From assembly GCF_964194155.1 (NCBI RefSeq), contig NC_135897.1:83948001-84012000 (forward strand): a stretch of 64,000 nt of DNA, read 5' to 3'. Positions 62,455 to 64,000 of the stretch are shown here, piece after piece; positions within the stretch are counted from its first letter, which is position 1; each line of letters begins with the position of its first letter. Source of the DNA: Cetorhinus maximus (Eukaryota). The notes beneath the pieces were generated by a model. That model was not told the origin of the DNA. It saw only the letters and a list, made by a program, of their open reading frames with translations, and searched no databases. The translations under genes and the position numbers were made by a program.

Positions 62455-64000
62455 ACATACACACTTGGAGCAGGACTAGGCCACTCAGCCTGCTTTGCCG
62501 TTCATGGCTGATCTGGTTGTAATCTCAACTCCACATTCCCGCCTACCCCTGATGGGTGACCCTTATTTTTAAACAGTATCCCACAATAGGAAACGTGCTT
62601 CTACATCCACCCTATCAAGACCCCTCAGGATCTTATATGTTTCAATCAAGTCGCCTCTTACTCTTTTAAACTCCAGCAAATACAAGCCTGGCCTGTGCAG
62701 TCTTTCCTCATAAGACAACCTGCCCATTCCAGGTAGCAGTTTAGTAAACCTTCTCTGAACAGCTTCCAATACTCCTTCCTTAAATAAGGAGACCAATACT
62801 GTACAAAGTACTCTGTATGAAGTCTCACCAATGCCCTATATAACTGAAGCATAACCTCCCTACTTTTGTATTCAATTCTCCTTGCAATAAATGATAACAT
62901 TCTATTAACTTTCCTAATTACTTGCTGTACCTGCTTAGTAGGCTTTTGCAATTGATGCCCTAAGACATCCAGACCCCTCTGCATCCCAGAGCTCTGCAAT
63001 CTCTCACATTTAGATAATATGCTTCTTTTTTTATTTTTCCTGCCAAAATTGACTATCCCACATTATCCCACATAATATTCCATTTGCCAGATCTTTGCCA
63101 ACTCACCTAACCTATCTATATCCTTTTGTAGCTTCCTTGTGTCCTCTTCACATCTTGCTATCCTACCTAATGATATGCCATCAGCAAATTTAGCAACCAT
63201 ACCTTCAGTCCCTTCATCCAAGTAATTTATATAGATTGTAAAATTTTGAGACCTCAGCACTGACCCCCGTGGCACACCACTCATTATATCTTGCCAGCCA
63301 GAAAAAGACCAATTTATGCCTACACTTTGTTTTCTGTTAGCTAGCCAATCTTTTTTCCATGCCAATATGTTACCCCCTAAACCATGAGCAATAACCTTTG
63401 ATGTGGCACCTTATCAAATGGCTTCTGGAAATCTAAATACAGTACATCCCCTAGTTCCCCTTTATCCACAGCATATGTTACATCTTCAAAGAACTCCAAT
63501 AAATTGATTAAACATGATTTCCCTTTCACAAAACCATGTTGACTCTGCCTGATTACCCTGAGCTTTTCCATATAACGTCCTTAATCATAGCTTCCAACAT
63601 TTTCCTTCTCACAGACGTTAAGCTAATTGGCCTGTAGTTTCCTGCTTTCTGTCTCCCTCCCTTTTTGAATAAGGGAGTTACATTCGCTATTTGCTAACCT
63701 AATGGAACCTTCCCTGAATCAGGGGAATTTTGGAAAATTAAAACCATTGCATCAACTATCTCACTAGACACTTCTTTTTAGACCCTAGGATGAAGTCCAT
63801 CAGGACCCAGGGACTTGTCGGCTCACATCTCCAACTATTTGTTCAGTGCCACTTCCCTGGTGATTGTAATTTTCTCGAGTTCCTCCCTCCCTTCCATTTC
63901 CTGATTTACAACTATTTCTGGGATGTTTCTTGTATCCGCTAGAGTAGAGACTGTTGCAAAATACCTGTTTATTTCATCTGTCATCTCTTTATTTTCCATT
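62455..64000 (-). mobile_element. CR1 RT region to 3' end, running off the right edge
   Basis: QSQHGFVKGKSCLINLLEFF..YLDFQKPFDKVPH, GVPRGSVL..KFAD, EFKRVRGDLIETYK. Confidence 0.93.

Overview
Vertebrate, repeat-rich genomic DNA; the repeat families (Deu-domain SINEs, CR1 and L2 LINEs, Penelope-like tails, Harbinger-like elements) suggest a shark or other cartilaginous fish (inference). Two spliced genes lie on the minus strand. (1) SIAH2: coding exon 1 (13372-13875, RING domain, 15-Ala tract) sits in a CpG island with a CRE/E-box/HSE-like promoter cluster and a uORF whose stop overlaps the main ATG; exon 2 lies beyond the left edge. (2) MINDY4B (FAM188B2): nine exons (56488 down to 34457) were assembled by hand into an open 364-aa C-terminal portion with GT-AG boundaries and consistent phases; it lacks the MINDY catalytic Cys and His. 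Most of these exons are missed by the ORF track. The rest is mainly transposon debris, including two decayed Gypsy LTR elements. The most unusual items are a Penelope-derived fold-back mini-element carrying a variant minimal hammerhead ribozyme motif (one copy with a 13-bp TSD), and several young local duplications (a ~250-bp inverted repeat, a ~640-bp direct repeat, a 65-bp inverted repeat). Family names come from recalled consensus motifs, not database searches. Repeat boundaries are approximate; exon boundaries were read base by base.
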